The notes: generated by a model from the sequence alone, not told the origin. Counted from the first letter of the stretch, positions 18,139 to 28,658 are shown. The stretch: DNA of 64,000 nt from Clostridia bacterium (GCA_017621525.1 JAGASX010000017.1:1138-65137), one strand, 5' to 3'. Program-made: numbers and translations.

Positions 18139-19266
18139 ATGAAATATTTTATTGTAACTTATGGCTGTCAAATGAACGTTCATGAGTCTGAAAAAATAGC
18201 AACAATACTTGAAAATTTGGGATATGAATGTGGGCAAACAAGGGAAGAGGCTGACATAATTGTTTTTAATACTTGCGCAATAAGAGAGGGAGCAGAGGAC
18301 AGAGTTTTAGGCAATGTTGGCAACCTTAAAAAGATGAAAAAGAAAAACAAAAACCTTATAATTGCTGTGTGTGGGTGCATGACGCAAAAAGAGGCAACCG
18401 CCCAAAAACTTATGCAAACATTTCCATTTATAGATATTGTAATTGGCACATTCAATCTGCCAAAACTTGGCGATTATATACAGGCTGTCAAAACGGGGCG
18501 TCAACTTGAAATTTGGGAAGAGGGGGATATTGATGAAACCCTGCCATATAAACGCACCAGCGGTGAAAACGCGTGGGTGAATATTATGCAAGGGTGCAAC
18601 AACTTTTGCACATATTGCATAGTGCCATATGTTCGAGGAAGGGAAAAATCTCGCAAATTAGAAAACATAATAAATGAAGTTAAAGAAATTTTAAAAGAGG
18701 GTAAATATAAAAAAATCACTCTTTTGGGGCAAAATGTAAACTCTTATGGTAAAGACCTTGAAAACCCGGTGTCCTTTGCCAATCTTTTGCATGAAATTTG
18801 CAAAATTGATGGCGATTTTACATTGTCATTTATGACATCTCACCCAAAGGACTTAACTGATGATGTGATAGATGCTGTTGCAAGCGAGGAAAAGATAGAA
18901 AAATCAATTCACCTGCCAGCCCAAAGCGGAAACAACCGCATTTTGGCACTTATGAACAGAAAGTATACCAGGGAAAAATACCTTGAAATTATAAATAAAA
19001 TAAAAAACAAAATTCCAAATTGCCGTATCACTTCCGACTTTATCGTTGGTTTTCCAACAGAAACAGAAGAGGAATTTGCCGACACCTGCACACTTGTAAA
19101 AGAGGTGGAATACGACAGCATTTTTGCCTTTATGTATTCTCCACGTGAGGGTACTGTTGCCAGCAAAATGGAGGGGCAAATTGAGGAACAAGTCAAAAAC
19201 CGCAGGGTAAACACTTTGCTTCAAATAGAAAAAGAACTTCAAATGAAAAAGGAGGGGATATGTTAG
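18139..19266 (+). CDS. miaB: tRNA-2-methylthio-N6-dimethylallyladenosine synthase MiaB, apparently lacking the C-terminal TRAM domain
   Basis: MKYFIVTYGCQMN...FNTCAIRE...CGC N-terminal cluster and radical SAM CNNFCTYCIVPYVRGRE. The ORF ends (...ELQMKKEGIC*) where the TRAM domain normally begins. The mutS ATG is at 19260. Confidence 0.88.
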   Translation: MKYFIVTYGCQMNVHESEKIATILENLGYECGQTREEADIIVFNTCAIREGAEDRVLGNVGNLKKMKKKNKNLIIAVCGCMTQKEATAQKLMQTFPFIDIVIGTFNLPKLGDYIQAVKTGRQLEIWEEGDIDETLPYKRTSGENAWVNIMQGCNNFCTYCIVPYVRGREKSRKLENIINEVKEILKEGKYKKITLLGQNVNSYGKDLENPVSFANLLHEICKIDGDFTLSFMTSHPKDLTDDVIDAVASEEKIEKSIHLPAQSGNNRILALMNRKYTREKYLEIINKIKNKIPNCRITSDFIVGFPTETEEEFADTCTLVKEVEYDSIFAFMYSPREGTVASKMEGQIEEQVKNRRVNTLLQIEKELQMKKEGIC

Positions 19267-21887
19267 ACAAAGTAGACGAAAAATTGCTTTCGCCGGGTAT
19301 GCGACAATATAAACACATAAAAGATAGATACCCAGACTGTATTTTGCTTAACAGAATGGGCGACTTTTATGAAATGTTTTTTGACGATGCAATTGTTGCC
19401 TCCCGAGAACTTGACCTTGTACTTACAGTCAAACAATGTGGCTTGCCAGAGAAAGCACCTATGTGCGGAGTTCCTTTTCATGCGGTGCAAACATATATTG
19501 CAAAACTTGTTGCAAACGGCCACAAAGTTGCAATATGTGAGCAACTTACCCAACCACAAAAAGGCGTAAAAATGGTTGACCGCGATGTTGTACGCGTAAT
19601 CACTCCGGGTACACTTATTGATGAAGAAATGCTTGAAGGGCAACGCAACAACTATCTTATGTCCCTTTACAAAAATGGCGGTAAAATAGGTGTAAGTTAT
19701 GTTGATATTTCAACCGGTGAATTTGACGTTCTTCTTATCGAGGGCGGTAAAAAAGAGAATGAATTAAGCGACCTTATCGCCCGAGTAATGCCTGCGGAGG
19801 TAATTGGTAATATCGACGCCAAAGCCTTTTATGAAGACCTTGGAATTACAAAACTTCAAGGCATTGCCCGCTTTAATGAATATTATGAATGGGCATTTGA
19901 TAAACAAACAGCAACAGATACGCTGAAAAACCAATTTGGTGAAAACTTTGAAAGCGTGTATGAACTTTCGGGCAAACCCGAGATAATTTGCGGTGCGGGT
20001 GCTCTTTTTGAATATTTAAAGGAAACGCAAAAAAGAAGCCTTACAAATATAAACAAAATTGAATTTGTAAAAAACACACAATTTATGACAATTGACCTCA
20101 ACACAAGAAGAAATCTTGAAATTGTAGAGTCAAGCCGAGAGCGTAAAAAATATGGCTCTATTTTGTGGGTTTTGGACAAAACAAAAACCAGTATGGGGGC
20201 AAGGTGCCTGCGTAAAATGGTGGACGAGCCTTTGCAAAACGCAAAAGAAATCAATGAAAGACTTGATGGCGTTGAAGAACTTTCTAAAAAACTTATTTTA
20301 AGGGATAGACTTACAGAACTTTTGTCAGACGTTTATGATATAGAACGCCTGTCGGGCAAAATTGCCTATGGTAGTATTCAACCGGGGGAATTGAATTCAC
20401 TTAAAAGGTCGCTTGCCGTTGTACCACAAGTTAAAAAACTTATTGGTGGCGGAGATAGCGCTTTCTTAAAAAAGATAAACGCCGGACTTGTTGATATGCA
20501 AGATATTGTAACTCTTCTCAACAACGCAATCAGCGAGGAATTAAGTTACGCCAAAGATACCGGTTTTATTAAACGAGGCTTCAATAAAGAACTTGATGAA
20601 TATAAAGACGCTCGCACAGAGGGTAAAAAGTGGCTTAATGAACTTCAAGATAAAGAGATAGAGGCAACAGGCATCAAAAACCTGAAAATATCATATAACC
20701 GAGTTTTTGGCTTCTTTATAGAAGTCAACAAAAGTCAGTTGGATAAAGTGCCACTTCGCTATCAAAGAAAGCAGACGGTATCAAATAACGAAAGGTACAT
20801 AACCGAAGAACTTAAAGCCATAGAAGATAAAATACTCGGCTCAGAAGAAAAGGCTATTCAACTTGAAGGGGAAATCTTTGCCGAAATTAAAAGAATACTT
20901 ATGGGATATATCCGCTCTATTCAACAAACAGCATCGGCACTTGCAAACCTTGACGCAATTTTGTCGCTTGCTGTGGTGGCGGTTAAAAACAACTATACAA
21001 AGCCAACAATCAATTCTTCGGTAAAGGCGTTAAACATTGTTGAGGGCAGGCATCCGGTTGTTGAGCAATTTCTTACAAACGGCAGATTTGTTGCCAACGA
21101 CACATACCTTGATGAAACAGAAAGCAAAATAATGATAATCACCGGGCCTAACATGGCTGGTAAAAGCACTTATATGAGGCAGGTTGCAATCATCGCACTT
21201 CTTGCCCATATTGGCAGTTTTGTGCCCGCAAAAGAGGCAACAATTCCAATTATAGACAGAATTTTTACCAGGGTGGGGGCGTCTGACGACCTTGCATTTG
21301 GTCAAAGTACCTTTATGGTGGAAATGAGCGAAGTTGCCCATATTCTTGCCAATGCAACCAATAAAAGCCTTATAATTCTTGATGAAATTGGCAGAGGAAC
21401 GTCCACTTTCGACGGTCTTTCAATTGCGTGGTCGGTTGTAGAACATATTTCAAAACATTTTGGCTCTAAAACTTTGTTTGCAACCCATTATCATGAACTT
21501 ACAGAACTTGAAGGCGTTTTAGACGGCGTTAAAAACTATAAAATTGCAGTCAAAGAGGTTGATGACAGGGTTGTATTCTTGCGTAAAATCGTGCGTGGCG
21601 GGGCAAACAAAAGTTTTGGTATAGAAGTTGCACGCCTTGCAGGACTTCCAGCAGAGGTGCTTTCTCGTTCAAAAGAAATTTCGGAAAACTTAGAGGCGGT
21701 AAATCAAAAACTTGATGTAAATTTATTTAAAGAAAGAAAAAATCAGGCACAAGAGAACACAAAACTTGCCCTTTCAATACTTTCAATTTTAAGGGATGTA
21801 GATATAAACAGAGTTTCGCCTATGTCTGCATTTGACCTTTTAAATGACCTTGTAGGCAGGGCAAAGGAGGGTATTGATGAAAATTAA
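19260..21887 (+). CDS. mutS: DNA mismatch repair protein MutS
   Basis: N-terminal SPGMRQYKHIKDRYPDCILLNRMGDFYEMFFDDA, Walker A GPNMAGKST, DEIGRGTSTFDG. Confidence 0.98.
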   Translation: MLDKVDEKLLSPGMRQYKHIKDRYPDCILLNRMGDFYEMFFDDAIVASRELDLVLTVKQCGLPEKAPMCGVPFHAVQTYIAKLVANGHKVAICEQLTQPQKGVKMVDRDVVRVITPGTLIDEEMLEGQRNNYLMSLYKNGGKIGVSYVDISTGEFDVLLIEGGKKENELSDLIARVMPAEVIGNIDAKAFYEDLGITKLQGIARFNEYYEWAFDKQTATDTLKNQFGENFESVYELSGKPEIICGAGALFEYLKETQKRSLTNINKIEFVKNTQFMTIDLNTRRNLEIVESSRERKKYGSILWVLDKTKTSMGARCLRKMVDEPLQNAKEINERLDGVEELSKKLILRDRLTELLSDVYDIERLSGKIAYGSIQPGELNSLKRSLAVVPQVKKLIGGGDSAFLKKINAGLVDMQDIVTLLNNAISEELSYAKDTGFIKRGFNKELDEYKDARTEGKKWLNELQDKEIEATGIKNLKISYNRVFGFFIEVNKSQLDKVPLRYQRKQTVSNNERYITEELKAIEDKILGSEEKAIQLEGEIFAEIKRILMGYIRSIQQTASALANLDAILSLAVVAVKNNYTKPTINSSVKALNIVEGRHPVVEQFLTNGRFVANDTYLDETESKIMIITGPNMAGKSTYMRQVAIIALLAHIGSFVPAKEATIPIIDRIFTRVGASDDLAFGQSTFMVEMSEVAHILANATNKSLIILDEIGRGTSTFDGLSIAWSVVEHISKHFGSKTLFATHYHELTELEGVLDGVKNYKIAVKEVDDRVVFLRKIVRGGANKSFGIEVARLAGLPAEVLSRSKEISENLEAVNQKLDVNLFKERKNQAQENTKLALSILSILRDVDINRVSPMSAFDLLNDLVGRAKEGIDEN

Positions 21888-23772
21888 CCAACTACCACCA
21901 AGTGTTTATAACCGCATTTCAGCAGGCGAAGTTGTAGAAAGACCTGCATCAATTGTTAAAGAACTTGTTGAAAACAGCATAGACGCTGGCGCAACAAGTA
22001 TAAAAATTGAAATTGAAGAGGGCGGAATAAAAAATATCACCGTAACAGATGACGGTTGCGGAATTGAAAAGGAAGACCTTACAGTTGCCTTTCTTCCACA
22101 CGCAACCAGCAAAATAAAAACAGAAACAGACCTTGACAGCATTGTCAGCCTTGGCTTCCGTGGCGAGGCTCTTGCAAGCATTGCGTCAGTTTGTCAGGTA
22201 AAACTTTCCTCCAAAACTGCCGAAAGTTTGGCGGGATATTCAATCAGTGTAAATGGTGGAGTTTTTGGCAAGGTGCAAGAAATTGCTCGCACAAAGGGCA
22301 CAACGATTTCATGCTCAAACTTATTTTTCAATACGCCTGTTCGTGCAAAATTTTTAAGAAAGGCAAAAACCGAAGAGGGGGAAGTTACACACTTAGTTGA
22401 AAAATTTATGCTTTCTCACAGCGAAATTGCTTTTCAGTATTATGTAGACGGCAAACAGGTTTATAATACAGCATCTTGTAGTATGCAAGATATAATATAT
22501 ACAATTTATGGTCGCGAAGTTTACGACAACCTTGTTGAAATAGACTATAAGGAAGACGAATATAAAATATACGGATTTGTTACAAAACCAAAATATTCAA
22601 AAAGCAACCGCACCGCACAAACAATTTTTGTAAACGGCAGAAGTGTAGAAAATTATATAATTTCTTCAAGTGTAAATGCTGTGTTTGATTCTTTTCTTAT
22701 GAAAGGCAGGTTTCCTGTTTTTGTTATATCGCTCACATTGCCGGCAGATTGTGTAGATGTAAATATGCACCCATCAAAAAGGGAAGTTAAGTTTGAAAAC
22801 CCAAACAAAATTTATTCTATGATGCGTAAAGCGGTTGAAAATGCCCTTTACTCAATCGACCAAATTCAAAACTTCATTGCACCACAAGAAGAGGAAAAAC
22901 CTGCAACCATTCAACAACCATTCACATGGGTAAAACAAGCAGAAGATAATAAACCTCTGGACGGAGTTAGTTTCAAAATTAACAGTCAAACGGAAGAGGT
23001 AAAAATCAAGGAAGTTCCTCTTTCGGTAAACACTTATACAGAAAGTCAACTTCAAGTATCCAAAAAAGATATTCACGCTCTGTCCAGCCTTTCAATAAAA
23101 GACAAAACTTCTCCGACGGAACTTGCATTTGCTCAGGCAGAGGGCGATTTTATAGGGGAAATCCAACAAAAATCTGTTGAAGAGAAGTTTCTTTCGGCAA
23201 ACGTAAAAGATGAAATGAAAATTTTGGGTACAATTTTCAAAACATATATTGCGGTTGAATATGATGACGCTGTATATTTCATCGACCAACACGCTGGTCA
23301 TGAAAGGCTTTTGTACGATAAACTTGTTGAAAGCGTAGATAAAAACAATCTTGCAAAACAACAATTGCTTGCACCGTATTCTTTTCAGGTTGGTGCAAAA
23401 GAGGCAAATATTCTTGACAATATTTTGCCAAACCTTGCGCAAATTGGCTTTGATGTTGTATGCGAAGGAAACAACTATTCAATCACCAGTGTGCCATATC
23501 TTTTGTCATTCATAAATCTGCAAAAGTTTGTAGATGAAATTTTGGGTGAAAGTGAAAATATAGATAAAAAACCAAGCGACTTTATACACAACAAACTTTG
23601 TCAAACTGCCTGCAAACACGCAATTAAGGCGGGCGATACAATTTCAATTGACGATTGTGCTTATCTTATTGAAAAAGTCCGCGAGGGCGTTATGCTTTGC
23701 CCACACGGCAGACCAATAACCCTTGTTCTTACTAAAAAAGACTTTGAAAAGATGTTTAAAAGGATTGTGTAG
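21874..23772 (+). CDS. mutL: DNA mismatch repair protein MutL
   Basis: GHKL ATPase motifs (ISAGEVVERPASIVKELVENSIDAGAT, DDGCGI, GFRGEAL). The C-terminal dimerisation/endonuclease region has DQHAGHERLLY. Confidence 0.97.
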   Translation: MMKINQLPPSVYNRISAGEVVERPASIVKELVENSIDAGATSIKIEIEEGGIKNITVTDDGCGIEKEDLTVAFLPHATSKIKTETDLDSIVSLGFRGEALASIASVCQVKLSSKTAESLAGYSISVNGGVFGKVQEIARTKGTTISCSNLFFNTPVRAKFLRKAKTEEGEVTHLVEKFMLSHSEIAFQYYVDGKQVYNTASCSMQDIIYTIYGREVYDNLVEIDYKEDEYKIYGFVTKPKYSKSNRTAQTIFVNGRSVENYIISSSVNAVFDSFLMKGRFPVFVISLTLPADCVDVNMHPSKREVKFENPNKIYSMMRKAVENALYSIDQIQNFIAPQEEEKPATIQQPFTWVKQAEDNKPLDGVSFKINSQTEEVKIKEVPLSVNTYTESQLQVSKKDIHALSSLSIKDKTSPTELAFAQAEGDFIGEIQQKSVEEKFLSANVKDEMKILGTIFKTYIAVEYDDAVYFIDQHAGHERLLYDKLVESVDKNNLAKQQLLAPYSFQVGAKEANILDNILPNLAQIGFDVVCEGNNYSITSVPYLLSFINLQKFVDEILGESENIDKKPSDFIHNKLCQTACKHAIKAGDTISIDDCAYLIEKVREGVMLCPHGRPITLVLTKKDFEKMFKRIV

Positions 23773-23774
23773 GC

Positions 23775-24686
23775 ATGAAAAGCAAACCAAAAGTTTTGTT
23801 TATTTTAGGGCCAACAGGTGTTGGTAAAACAGCAATGGGTGTAGAACTTGCAAAAACATATAACGGACAGATAATTTCTGCCGACTCTGTTCAAGTTTTT
23901 AGGGGCTTTGATATTGGCTCGGCAAAAGTTACAGAAGAGGAAATGCAGGGCGTTTATCACTATGGGATTGACATCGTCCAGCCCGACCAAGATTTTTCGG
24001 CAAGCGAATTTGTGTCATACACCAAAAATTGTATAAAAGAAATCACCCAAAATGGCAAGTTGCCAATAATTGTTGGCGGAACGGCTATGTATGTTAAGGC
24101 GCTTGTTGAGGGCTACAATTTTGGTGGCACCGAAAAGCACACAGAATTTAGGGCACAAATGCAAAAATTCATTCAAGAAAATGGCAATGATAAGGCATTT
24201 GAATTGCTTGCCCAAAAATCGCCAGAACTTGCAAAAAATACCGACAAATTCAACACCGTTCGCCTTATCCGTGCCCTTGAAATTGCAAATTTTGGAGAGG
24301 GGAAACAGAAAAATGGGGAAGTAGAGTTTGATTTTAAAATCTTCGCCCTTACAATGCCACGCGAAAAAATGTATGACCGAATAAATAGGCGTGCAAAAAT
24401 TATGGTTGATAATGGGCTTGTAGAAGAGGTTTCAGCGTTATACAAAAAATACGGCAATTGTCAACCAATGTGTGCAATTGGCTATAAAGAGGTTTTGCCA
24501 TATTTAAATGGGGAAATTTCATTGCAACAAATGCAAGACCTTATAAGCCAGCACACAAGAAACTATGCAAAAAGACAAATGACTTTCCTTCGAGGAATGA
24601 CAAATGTATCTATGGTGGACGTTTCAGTAGAGGCAGAAATTGAAATGATGAAAAAGGAGATAGAAAAATGGCTGATGCAACAATAA
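23775..24686 (+). CDS. miaA: tRNA dimethylallyltransferase
   Basis: P-loop GPTGVGKT, SADSVQVFRGFDIGSAK, GGTAMYVKAL. Confidence 0.95.
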   Translation: MKSKPKVLFILGPTGVGKTAMGVELAKTYNGQIISADSVQVFRGFDIGSAKVTEEEMQGVYHYGIDIVQPDQDFSASEFVSYTKNCIKEITQNGKLPIIVGGTAMYVKALVEGYNFGGTEKHTEFRAQMQKFIQENGNDKAFELLAQKSPELAKNTDKFNTVRLIRALEIANFGEGKQKNGEVEFDFKIFALTMPREKMYDRINRRAKIMVDNGLVEEVSALYKKYGNCQPMCAIGYKEVLPYLNGEISLQQMQDLISQHTRNYAKRQMTFLRGMTNVSMVDVSVEAEIEMMKKEIEKWLMQQ

Positions 24687-25888
24687 TAATCAAAGAGGCA
24701 GAGAAAAAACTTGCAAAACAATTTGAAGAAATTGATGATATTGCCTTTTACAACCAAAAAAAGGTGCTTGACGCTTTCAATGAATTTAGGGTTTCAAGCC
24801 AATGCTTTCATGGATCAACCGGTTATGGCTATGATGATGTAGGCAGAGATACGCTTGCCAAAATTTACGCCAAAGTTTTTGGTGGTGAAAAGGCTATTGT
24901 TTCGCCAATTCTTACCTGCGGTACTCACGCTATAACCACTGTGCTTTACGGAATTTTGCGTAGTGGCGACACAATGCTTACAGTAACAGGCCTGCCATAC
25001 GATACCATTCATGACACCTTGTTTGGCAAAGGGAACAGTTCTCTTGAAGATTATGGCGTAATTTACAAACAAATAGATTTAAAAGAAAACAGCGAGTTTG
25101 ACCTTGAAAAAATCTTTGCCGAGGTGGAGGCACTTAAGCCTAAAATGGTATACCTGCAAAGGTCGCGTGGATACAGCAATCGAAAGGCACTTTCGCCATA
25201 TAAAATGAAAGAACTTTTTGAAGGTGTAAAAAAACTTTCGCCAGAAACATATATTGTTGTAGACAACTGCTATGGTGAATTTGTTGATAGAATAGAGCCT
25301 ACCAATGTTGGCGCTGACGTTATAGTCGGCTCACTTATTAAAAATCCGGGGGGTGGACTTGCCCCAACAGGGGGATATATTGTTGGTACAGAAAAAGCAA
25401 TAGACCTTATTGCAACCAGATACACAAACCCATCGTTAAAGTTGGAACTTGGCTCTTTTGAAATGGGTTACAGAATGTTCTATCAAGGTTTTTTCATGTC
25501 GCCACATACAGTTGCCCAAGCACTTAAAGGTTGCTTTTTGGTTGGACAAATCATGCAAGATAAAGGATATAAAATAATCCCAGAAAACAATGAAAAACCA
25601 CAAGACATAATCAAATCGGTGGTTTTCAACACGCCAGAAGAATTAATTAAGTTTGTTCAAACCGTTCAAACAATTTCGCCGGTAGATAGTTTTGCGTTGC
25701 CACTTCCATGGGATATGCCGGGTTATAACGACCAAGTAATTATGGCAGCCGGCACATTTGTGGGCGGTGCGTCGCTGGAACTTTCTTGCGACAGCCCAAT
25801 TCGTGCACCATATATCGCATATTTCCAAGGCGGATTAACTTACGAGCACGTAAAAATGTTTGCCGAAAAACTTATAGAATTATATTAA
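24668..25888 (+). CDS. methionine gamma-lyase family protein (YnbB / aluminium-resistance-type PLP enzyme)
   Basis: FHGSTGYGYDDVGRDTL...VFGGEKAIVSP...QRSRGY...SLIKNPGGGLAPTGGYI is characteristic of this family. 19-nt overlap with miaA. Confidence 0.8.
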   Translation: MADATIIIKEAEKKLAKQFEEIDDIAFYNQKKVLDAFNEFRVSSQCFHGSTGYGYDDVGRDTLAKIYAKVFGGEKAIVSPILTCGTHAITTVLYGILRSGDTMLTVTGLPYDTIHDTLFGKGNSSLEDYGVIYKQIDLKENSEFDLEKIFAEVEALKPKMVYLQRSRGYSNRKALSPYKMKELFEGVKKLSPETYIVVDNCYGEFVDRIEPTNVGADVIVGSLIKNPGGGLAPTGGYIVGTEKAIDLIATRYTNPSLKLELGSFEMGYRMFYQGFFMSPHTVAQALKGCFLVGQIMQDKGYKIIPENNEKPQDIIKSVVFNTPEELIKFVQTVQTISPVDSFALPLPWDMPGYNDQVIMAAGTFVGGASLELSCDSPIRAPYIAYFQGGLTYEHVKMFAEKLIELY

Positions 25889-25891
25889 AAC

Positions 25892-25920
25892 AAAGCAGGG
25901 GCTTACCTTGCTTTTTTTTT
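25892..25920 (+). terminator. rho-independent terminator
   Basis: GCAGGG / CCTTGC stem (one G-U pair) followed by T9. Confidence 0.7.
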
Positions 25921-25954
25921 GGTCTATTGTGCAAAAAACAACATAAATTAAAGT

Positions 25955-26551
25955 ATGACAAGAAATAACAAAAATCGCACAATAAAACCCAATTTTACAT
26001 TTGTTGCAGATTGCTTAAAAACAAACAAAATGTTTGTTATAATCATTTCAGTTGTGCTTTTTATCACCTTTTTAACAGGCATTATTGTTGCAATAAAAAC
26101 AAAAATATGTTATGACAACCTTAAAAATTTGGGCGCTGTTTGTTTTAAAAATTTCGGTTTTTTCTCACGTCTTTTCTCAATGCTGATAGTGGCTTTCATC
26201 TGCTTTGGTTGTTCTTTCTCAAAATGGCTTTCGCCACTTGCAATGCTGTTTCTTTCATATAGGGCATATCTTTTGGGAATAAACATATGCCTTATAATTT
26301 CTACAAATGGCATTGCCGGGATTGTAACGGCGTTTATTATAGTTTTGCCTTGCCAATTGCTTGCATTGTGTGCCCTTGCACTTTTATTTCTACTTCACCG
26401 AAATTTATGCAAACAAGAGTGTGGCTTTGTAAGTTGGCGGGGAGAGCGAATAAAGATTATTGTTTTCATCTTAATTCTGCTTTTTTCAATTTGCCTTATA
26501 GAGTCAATTCTTTTTGCAATTTTCAGCCCAACAATAATTTTGGTTATATAA
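25955..26551 (+). CDS. integral membrane protein, SpoIIM-like (stage II sporulation protein M family)
   Basis: Five or six TM segments. IVLPCQLLALCA and the C-terminal LIESILFAIFSP parallel B. subtilis SpoIIM VLPQNLLLIPA and LFEAYLSP. Sporulation neighbourhood. Confidence 0.55.
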   Translation: MTRNNKNRTIKPNFTFVADCLKTNKMFVIIISVVLFITFLTGIIVAIKTKICYDNLKNLGAVCFKNFGFFSRLFSMLIVAFICFGCSFSKWLSPLAMLFLSYRAYLLGINICLIISTNGIAGIVTAFIIVLPCQLLALCALALLFLLHRNLCKQECGFVSWRGERIKIIVFILILLFSICLIESILFAIFSPTIILVI

Positions 26552-26608
26552 TATTTCTTGTATATTTCTTTCTTTTACGCTCAAACTATCAAAAGGAGGA
26601 AATTTCTT

Positions 26609-27763
26609 ATGCTTAAAAGATTTTCAATATTTTGTATTATGTTTATTGTACTTCTTACAACATATTGTGGAAGTGCTGGATTTGTTGCATCAGCCCAAAG
26701 CGAAGTGGAACTTACAAGCAAATCTGCTTGCCTTGTTGACTACGCTTCGGGAGAACTGCTTTTTGAAAAGGACGCAAAAAAACATCTGCCTATTGCAAGC
26801 ATGGTGAAACTTATGACAATTCTTCTTACTCTTGAAGAAATGGAGGCTGGCAGACTTAAAGAAACCGACCTTATCACTACAACAGAAAATGCATCAAGTA
26901 TGGGCGGTAGTCAGGTATTTATAGACCCATATGTAGAGTACACTGCCAGCGACCTTTTAAAAAGCGTTATCATGGCGTCAGCCAATGATGCATCGGTTGC
27001 CCTTGCTGAACATATCAGCGGAAGCGAAAAGGCTTTTGTTGCCAAAATGAATATAAGGGCAAGGGAACTTTGCATGAATGATACCATATACGCAAATTGC
27101 ACAGGGCTTCCAGCACCAGAGCAGTATTCATGTGCCTACGACTCGGCAATTGTGCTTAAACAGGTAAGCAAGCATGACATCTATCATAAATACAGCACTA
27201 TTTGGATGGATGAACTTACCCATCCGTCTGGCAGAAAAACAGAACTTGTAAACACCAACAGACTTGTAAGATATTATGAGGGTTGCGACGGTGGAAAAAC
27301 CGGCTCCACAAATGAGGCTGGATGCTGTCTTTCTGCCTCTGCAAAACGCAACAATATGAGGCTTATATCGGTTATCATAGGTGCAGAAAACAGCAAAACG
27401 CGTTTTAATGAATGTTCAAAACTTTTCAATTATGGATTTGCCAATTTTGAAAGCCGAGAAATCTTGGGCATGACTTCACCACTTTTTAATTTACCTGTAA
27501 GTAAAGGCAAAATTGACAACGCCGAAGTATATGCAAAAGAATGTTTTTCGGTTGTTATGAAAAAGGGTGAAAACAGCAAGTTTGACGTAACTTATGAAAA
27601 ACCAGACAAAATCAATGCCCCAACAATTGCAGGCGACAAAGTGGGCAGGGCGATTATAACCCAAGAGGGCAATATAATAAAAGAAGTGGATTTAATTGTA
27701 AAAACAAATATAGATAAGGTTTCACTTAAAGACTGCTTTGATAATATCATAACAGCATGGTAA
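26609..27763 (+). CDS. D-alanyl-D-alanine carboxypeptidase (peptidase S11, DacB/DacF-like)
   Basis: Signal peptide, SxxK (ASMVKLMT), SAND (SxN) and KTGS(T) motifs. AAGGAGG lies 9 nt upstream of the ATG at 26609. Confidence 0.9.
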   Translation: MLKRFSIFCIMFIVLLTTYCGSAGFVASAQSEVELTSKSACLVDYASGELLFEKDAKKHLPIASMVKLMTILLTLEEMEAGRLKETDLITTTENASSMGGSQVFIDPYVEYTASDLLKSVIMASANDASVALAEHISGSEKAFVAKMNIRARELCMNDTIYANCTGLPAPEQYSCAYDSAIVLKQVSKHDIYHKYSTIWMDELTHPSGRKTELVNTNRLVRYYEGCDGGKTGSTNEAGCCLSASAKRNNMRLISVIIGAENSKTRFNECSKLFNYGFANFESREILGMTSPLFNLPVSKGKIDNAEVYAKECFSVVMKKGENSKFDVTYEKPDKINAPTIAGDKVGRAIITQEGNIIKEVDLIVKTNIDKVSLKDCFDNIITAW

Positions 27764-27770
27764 ACAAGAA

Positions 27771-27795
27771 AACACCAAAACTTGGTGTTTTTTTG
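27771..27795 (+). terminator. rho-independent terminator
   Basis: AACACCA-aaactt-GGTGTT followed by a T-run. Confidence 0.8.
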
Positions 27796-27865
27796 TGCTT
27801 TATAATCTATGTTAAATTGCTTGCTTTTTAATGGATTATAGGGTATAATCTTTGATGAAAACACT

Positions 27866-28657
27866 ATGGAAAAAGAAATTCAAACGCAATTTGATAGCGT
27901 GAATGGCGAGAAAGTTGAAACCGAGCAACTTTCTTTTACCGATGAAGTTGTGCGTTTTAAACTTGATAATTTTGAGGGGCCACTTGACCTGCTTTTGCAC
28001 CTTATAAAATCATCTAAACTTGATATTATGAGCGTTAAACTTGCCTCGCTTACCGAGCAGTATCTTGAATATATGCAAGACCTTTCCTCTGTGGATATGG
28101 ATAGGGCAAGCGAATTTATCACCGTTGCAGCAACACTTATTGAAATAAAATCAAAGCATCTTCTGCCTGTTGATGAAGAGGAAGATTTTGAGGAAGAGGA
28201 CAGTGAAACACTTCTTCTTCAACGCCTTAAAGAATATGAACTTTTTAAGGAAACGGGTGCAAGACTGCGCGAAATAGAAGATATAAACAAAATGTATCGT
28301 GCGCCGGGCAAGGAAACTGAGAAAGTTAAAATCATAATCAAAGATATGGTGCTTGATAAACTGCTTGACGCCTTTGCTGGGCTTCTTGCAAGGTCAGAGG
28401 CAAGAGGTAAAGAGAAAGAAGAGCCAAAGAAAATTGTAAAAGACAGATTTACTGTTGCTGAAAAAATCCTTTCCATAAGAAGTTATGCCAGAGAGCACAA
28501 ACGCTTTCCTTTTGAAGATTTGTTTGTTGCTGATATGACTAAAAGTGAAATGATAAACGTCTTTTTGGCACTTTTGGAACTTTTAAAACTTCAAAATATC
28601 CGTGCTGAGCAAGTTGGCATTTTTGGACAAATAAATATTATTTCAAACGAGGACTAA
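27866..28657 (+). CDS. scpA: segregation and condensation protein A
   Basis: FEGPLDLLLHLIKSSKLDIMSVKLASLTEQYLEYM is the ScpA signature. Followed by scpB. Confidence 0.93.
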   Translation: MEKEIQTQFDSVNGEKVETEQLSFTDEVVRFKLDNFEGPLDLLLHLIKSSKLDIMSVKLASLTEQYLEYMQDLSSVDMDRASEFITVAATLIEIKSKHLLPVDEEEDFEEEDSETLLLQRLKEYELFKETGARLREIEDINKMYRAPGKETEKVKIIIKDMVLDKLLDAFAGLLARSEARGKEKEEPKKIVKDRFTVAEKILSIRSYAREHKRFPFEDLFVADMTKSEMINVFLALLELLKLQNIRAEQVGIFGQINIISNED

Positions 28658-28658
28658 T

